This document shows positions 59,822-64,000 of a DNA stretch of 64,000 nt, in pieces. A model generated the notes under the pieces. That model searched no databases, had not been told where the DNA came from, and worked only from the letters and a program-made list of their open reading frames with translations. The first letter of the stretch is position 1; every line of letters begins with the position of its first letter. Both the position numbers and the translations under genes were made by a program. Origin of the DNA: an uncultured Ignavibacteria bacterium (lineage in GTDB: Bacteria; Bacteroidota; Ignavibacteria; Ignavibacteriales; Ignavibacteriaceae); NCBI GenBank assembly GCA_963815785.1, contig CAWFHZ010000016.1, positions 26,275-90,274 on the forward strand, read 5' to 3'.

Positions 59822-60922
59822 ATGACAAAACCATTGAAGATCATCTCAGTAGTAGGGGCGCGCCCCAACTTTATGAAAATAGCGCCGATACACCGGGAAT
59901 TTCTTAAACATAAAGATGTGGTTAATAACCTTGTCTGCCATACAGGTCAGCATTATGATGAAAAGATGTCCGAAGTTTTCTTCAGGGATCTTGAACTGCC
60001 CGAGCCTGATTTTTATCTCGGTGCAGGTTCCGGGTCTCACGCAGAACAGACAGCCAAAGTTATGATTGAGTTTGAGAAAGTTGTTCTGGCCGAAAAACCT
60101 GACCTCGTAATCGTGGTTGGAGATGTTAATTCAACTATTGCCTGCAGCCTGGTTGCCGTAAAACTTGGAATTAAAGTGGCGCACGTTGAAGCAGGTTTAA
60201 GATCTTTCGACAGGACAATGCCGGAAGAAATAAACAGGATTCTGACCGATTCAATTTCTGATTACCTTTTCATTACAGAAGAGAGCGGTATAAAGAATCT
60301 TGAAAAGGAGGGAGTGGATAAAGAGAAAGTATTCTTTGTCGGTAACGTAATGATAGACAGCCTCGTTCATTTTCTCGGCAAAGCGGATAAATCCGGAATA
60401 ATGGAATCGTTAAAAGTTAAAGCCGGTGAATTTGTCCTCGTAACACTTCATCGTCCTTCAAATGTTGATTCCGTGGAAACTCTTAAAGAGATAATTGATT
60501 TACTGAATTTTATAGCTGATAAAGCAAATGTTATATTTCCTGTTCATCCAAGAACAATAAAGAATATTACATCAGCCGGGTTACTGGGTAAAATAAATAA
60601 AAACCTTATTCTTACTGAACCGGTTGGTTATATTGATTTTCTTTCTTTGATAAAGAATGCGCGGCTTATAATAACCGACAGCGGCGGTATCCAGGAGGAA
60701 TCAACGTATCTTGGCGTTCAATGTATTACCGTAAGGGACAATACTGAAAGACCAATCACTGTTAAACTCGGTACTAACCAGCTGATAGGAACCGATCTGA
60801 ATAAAGTTAAAGCTGCTGCAATGAGTATTTTGAACGGAAACATTAAAAAGGGTTCGGTACCTCCGCTATGGGATGGACATGCTTCCGGACGTATAGTAGA
60901 TATTATCCTTAACAATCTTTAG
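59822..60922 (+). CDS. wecB: UDP-N-acetylglucosamine 2-epimerase (non-hydrolysing)
   Basis: Motifs seen: VVGARPNFMKIAP, HTGQHYD..MS..FF, GDVNSTIA, HVEAGLRSFD..MPEEINR, HRPSNVD, DSGGIQEE. Confidence 0.9.
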   Translation: MTKPLKIISVVGARPNFMKIAPIHREFLKHKDVVNNLVCHTGQHYDEKMSEVFFRDLELPEPDFYLGAGSGSHAEQTAKVMIEFEKVVLAEKPDLVIVVGDVNSTIACSLVAVKLGIKVAHVEAGLRSFDRTMPEEINRILTDSISDYLFITEESGIKNLEKEGVDKEKVFFVGNVMIDSLVHFLGKADKSGIMESLKVKAGEFVLVTLHRPSNVDSVETLKEIIDLLNFIADKANVIFPVHPRTIKNITSAGLLGKINKNLILTEPVGYIDFLSLIKNARLIITDSGGIQEESTYLGVQCITVRDNTERPITVKLGTNQLIGTDLNKVKAAAMSILNGNIKKGSVPPLWDGHASGRIVDIILNNL

Positions 60923-60935
60923 AAATATTTAATAA

Positions 60936-61640
60936 GATTTCTCTCCCGACTTGTCGGGATTCGAAATGACACCTCTTTTACTCCCGCTTGCCTCATCCGA
61001 ATGAAATGAAGAAAGGTCATTCCTCTAAAACCCTCGCACATAAAAAGAATTGCGAATAAAAATTTTATGAAGCGAAACGTTAAAAGATAAATTCTGTTTG
61101 ACCCCGCCCTGGCGGGGGAGTTTATTTATCTTAGTGAAGCGGAATAAAATTTTAGCAATTATTTTTCGGTGCATGTTCTTTTGTAACTTTTCTTGCGCCA
61201 AGAAAAGTTAGTCTAAAATCATAAATTAATTGATTATGAATAATAACTTTTATTAACATATTATAGATTTCTCACCCCGATGAACCTGCCTACCGGTTTA
61301 CCTCGCTGAGCCTTGGCGAAGCGGATAGGCCGGATTGTTAATTGCTGATTGTTAATTTTTAATTATAAATTATTCATCTCTCCGCCTCTGGCGGAAGATA
61401 TCTTTTCCTGGGGAGTAAGATCTCTCCCGTTGGTCGAAATGGCTGCAATTAGTACCCGTCATTTCGAAGGAGGAACGACTGCCTGTCCGCCTCTGGCAGA
61501 AGAAATCTAATGTCCAAAAAGATTTCTCTCCCGATAAACCGGGATCGAAATGACTGAAGAAACAGGGTGATCTTATCGACAACTCTGCCAGAGACAAACA
61601 GGCTCCGGAAGGAGACATCCTAAACACCCATACAATATTC
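60936..61640. repeat. second cluster of the same palindromic repeat families
   Basis: An inverted unit gatttctctcccgacttgtcgggattcgaaatgac lies at 60936-60970. The palindrome ccccgccctggcgggg lies at 61102-61117. ccgcctctggcgg occurs at about 61381-61393, with the variant ccgcctctggcag at about 61487-61499. gtcatttcgaagg lies near 61458. An inverted unit gatttctctcccgataaaccgggatcgaaatgac lies at about 61521-61554. Confidence 0.75.
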
Positions 61641-61865
61641 CCCGTCCTTTTCCGCAAACAGCCCTCTATTTGTGGCATTATTTTCGCTTTTTAATAGCTG
61701 ATTAAAATTTTTCCTGTGCTGCAACAGGCTGAAATTCAGAATATTTTCAGAAAAATGCATTTTTACTCAATTTACATTTACTGAACACTTCCAATTTTAT
61801 CCTGCAGCAAGGTAAATATTACAAGTTGGAATCTGACCAAATTATTAACAATCAGGAATACTGAT

Positions 61866-62270
61866 ATGAAAAAATGGTTCTTTTTAACGCCTCTGTTTCT
61901 GCTGACTATTCTCAGCTATACCGGGTGCAGTTCTTCTGTTGGTACACAGATTACCTTCAGGAACCTCGCATCTAATGCAGTTTATGTAAACTTCCGGGCG
62001 AACGTTATTAATGTACCTGCCGGACAAACTGTGTTAATTAAGGATGTCCCCAAAGGAATGTTCGATTATAACACTACCTATGAAGTCCCTGCAAATTCAA
62101 CTGCTTCAGCTGCACAAGGAGATGTCTCCGGTACAATTACCATCGCCGGATCAGGAACAAAAATTCTGATTCTCTATTCAAGTACCTTCGTTGATGGTAC
62201 TTATACAGTTTATGCAACTTACTCTACTAATGAAGATCAGACAGTAGTAACAAGTCCTACTGGTCCCTAG
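61866..62270 (+). CDS. lipoprotein, unknown function
   Basis: Signal peptide with lipobox (LLTILSYTGC). 134 aa. Confidence 0.6.
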   Translation: MKKWFFLTPLFLLTILSYTGCSSSVGTQITFRNLASNAVYVNFRANVINVPAGQTVLIKDVPKGMFDYNTTYEVPANSTASAAQGDVSGTITIAGSGTKILILYSSTFVDGTYTVYATYSTNEDQTVVTSPTGP

Positions 62271-62726
62271 TTGAGCAGAAAAATTTAAATACCCCGGCCG
62301 TTACTGCGGGTTTCTGATATCTCCCTGCAGACTGGCCGGAAGGGGTATATCTTCAGCAGTTCCTTTAAGTTAAAGTAATTATTACACCCGCATGTCATAT
62401 TTATTCAATCCTTATTTCCTCACAGCCCTCATTTTTTTCCGGCATAGCCTTTTTCTGCACTTGCAGCGGTAAGTAAATAATAATAAATTTGGCATTGAGT
62501 TTGTTTTCAACAGAAGTGTTTTTTGAATAGCAGGAACTTCCGGTTGAAGACATTAAGGGAGTTTAGTTGAGTACCCGGGCGGCATCCCACGAACAAGACT
62601 CGCTTTTTGTAATCATTTCATACGGTTATTATATCCGGAGTGATGCAGGATACTGGTTTATTTACGGCTGGGTGTCAATATTGTTATTATCATTTTTATT
62701 TTTCTCAAAATAGGTTCAGCAGCATT

Positions 62727-63890
62727 ATGAATTTAAAAGTACTTTTACTTACACCAATTCTTGTAATTTTATTTACTCTCCTGCAAAATCAATTAACATA
62801 CGCCCAGGAAGAAGAACCCATTTTATATTACCAGATGGAGCCTCTTGACGACAGTCTTTTCATCCATATACAGGATCAGCTTCTTATTGCTCCGCCCGAT
62901 CCCAAGGCTGAAATAATTGTAGACCTGAGAGATCCCAACAACCAGACTATCTCCATAAAAGGAAATTTATACCCGTTCCTTGCTCTAAAACCTGAGACAC
63001 GTGCACTTGTTCAGACCTATGCTTTTAAAATAAATCTTGAAGAGACAACTAATTACGGCAGTGTATTCACAAGAGTAATCGAAAAGATAAGGCTGAACAA
63101 AATAGCATCCCCGCCGAGTGTTTTCCAGATTACATCAACACTCAGTTACATTAACCCGTTTTTCCAGCTTCTTGGCGGAGAACGATTTGGTATTTCTCTT
63201 AAAAAGGATGCAGGTTTTTCTTTCGGTATTGAGACACCTTACTCGGGTCCTCTCGAATCAAATATGGTGGAAGCTAATTTCCATATACTCGGGTTCCACG
63301 GAGGTATTTATTCCAATATCGATGCTATAACAGAAATCCAGACAAAGAATAACCACAATAATATTTATGTAACAAATGGGTTCCAGCTTGGTTATGTAAT
63401 TCCTCTCGGCAACTTTCTTGAAGTGGGTTACCTGGAATCATCCAAGAAGTTCAGTGATTCACAAATGAAAGAATATATAAAAAACAAAGCAATTGTTTAC
63501 AATAAGGATTCCACGATAAAATACAGTGCTTACTTTGTTGAAAAAAGTTATTTGAATTTTGAAATTCGTTATCCTATAGAAATTATGGGCTCCACACGCG
63601 GAAAATTTTACGGCGCACGTTACCTCGATGAATGGCATATAGGCTATACAGGCAGGGAGCTTTCATTAGCCGGAAGTACTTTCGATTTTCGTTTCGATGC
63701 AATGTTCGATAGTCCTGTAAGAAGAAACCAGATAGTGTTTGAAATGATGGTTCAAAAGGTAATGGATTACTGGGGCTTCAGTGCTTTCGCAATGGGTCCA
63801 TCGGGCACGCTTACTACCTTGAATGACGGTGCTTACGGGTTCTCATCCATATTCTTTAATATGAGGTTAAAGCTGGGTACATCGCTGTAA
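62727..63890 (+). CDS. exported hypothetical protein (possible outer-membrane beta-barrel)
   Basis: I prefer the ATG at 62727 (MNLKVLLLTPILVILFTLLQNQLTYAQ signal peptide). The protein has alternating-hydrophobicity strands and the C-terminal residues are GTSL. No family recognised. Confidence 0.55.
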   Translation: MNLKVLLLTPILVILFTLLQNQLTYAQEEEPILYYQMEPLDDSLFIHIQDQLLIAPPDPKAEIIVDLRDPNNQTISIKGNLYPFLALKPETRALVQTYAFKINLEETTNYGSVFTRVIEKIRLNKIASPPSVFQITSTLSYINPFFQLLGGERFGISLKKDAGFSFGIETPYSGPLESNMVEANFHILGFHGGIYSNIDAITEIQTKNNHNNIYVTNGFQLGYVIPLGNFLEVGYLESSKKFSDSQMKEYIKNKAIVYNKDSTIKYSAYFVEKSYLNFEIRYPIEIMGSTRGKFYGARYLDEWHIGYTGRELSLAGSTFDFRFDAMFDSPVRRNQIVFEMMVQKVMDYWGFSAFAMGPSGTLTTLNDGAYGFSSIFFNMRLKLGTSL

Positions 63891-64000
63891 GATGTGTGAT
63901 GTGTTCCGCCATAGCCTGCCTGACGGTAGACAGGGCGGATCAGCCTTTGGCTGAGATGTATGATGGAAGAGGGGAAGAGAGTGAGTGACGGAGGGCGCAG

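Noticed and set aside
61370-61678. Track ORF of 102 aa on the minus strand
   Set aside because: It is composed entirely of the palindromic repeat units (gtcatttcga, ccgcctctggcgg). There is no RBS and no protein-like composition.
1-64000. Diversity-generating retroelement, retron or other RT-based system
   Set aside because: No ORF in any frame shows reverse-transcriptase motifs (no YxDD-type core). The constant/variable pattern of the six paralogues involves whole divergent domains, not A-specific mutagenesis of a template/variable repeat pair.

Overview
Low-GC (about 35%) chromosomal segment. The T9SS C-terminal sorting domain, Y_Y_Y hybrid two-component regulators, TonB-dependent receptor and abundant GTCATT...ATCTC intergenic palindromes point to an FCB-group bacterium (Ignavibacteriota/Bacteroidota-like). 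Layout: (1) 1-7.1 kb is an integron-style gene-cassette array on the minus strand. Every ORF is followed by an attC-like site, and no integrase is visible. The cassettes carry two lipoproteins, a 1099-aa Zn-ribbon x3 / DUF262 x2 / HNH nuclease, a small YbjQ-like ORF embedded in an attC, and a HEPN-motif protein. I consider this the best candidate for a novel system (cassette-borne defence). (2) 7.4-11.4 kb holds a DUF72 gene, small genes and a gene-free stretch of palindromic junk. (3) 11.4-18.4 kb is a decayed phage head-morphogenesis module. It has a truncated portal, a large terminase split by a palindromic element, a small terminase, a frameshifted scaffold/protease, a major capsid, a DUF2190 decoration protein and a shattered fibre-like gene. 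It is followed by a SymE-like mini-operon, tRNA-Thr(UGU) and an excisionase-type HTH gene. (4) 20.7-32.9 kb is housekeeping and regulatory: a metal-transporter-like protein, an ECF sigma / Ser-Thr kinase / AlkZ-like operon, a Y_Y_Y-HK-REC-AraC hybrid regulator, and SnoaL/NTF2-like secreted proteins. (5) 32.96-37.55 kb holds six tandem paralogues with a near-identical about 50-aa N-terminal membrane anchor and divergent C-terminal domains. (6) 37.6-47.4 kb holds two large sensor kinases. The first has nine tandem modules of about 185 aa. Both are interrupted by frameshifts or a nonsense codon, and intact REC and REC-PP2C genes follow. (7) 49-64 kb is ordinary: a T9SS substrate, a TonB-dependent receptor, a CDF-like protein, DUF2207/LemA, a lipocalin, WecB, lipoproteins and two dense clusters of nested palindromic repeats. 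No CRISPR array, rRNA, reverse transcriptase or integrase was seen. All protein-family calls rest on motif recognition by eye and were not checked by search.
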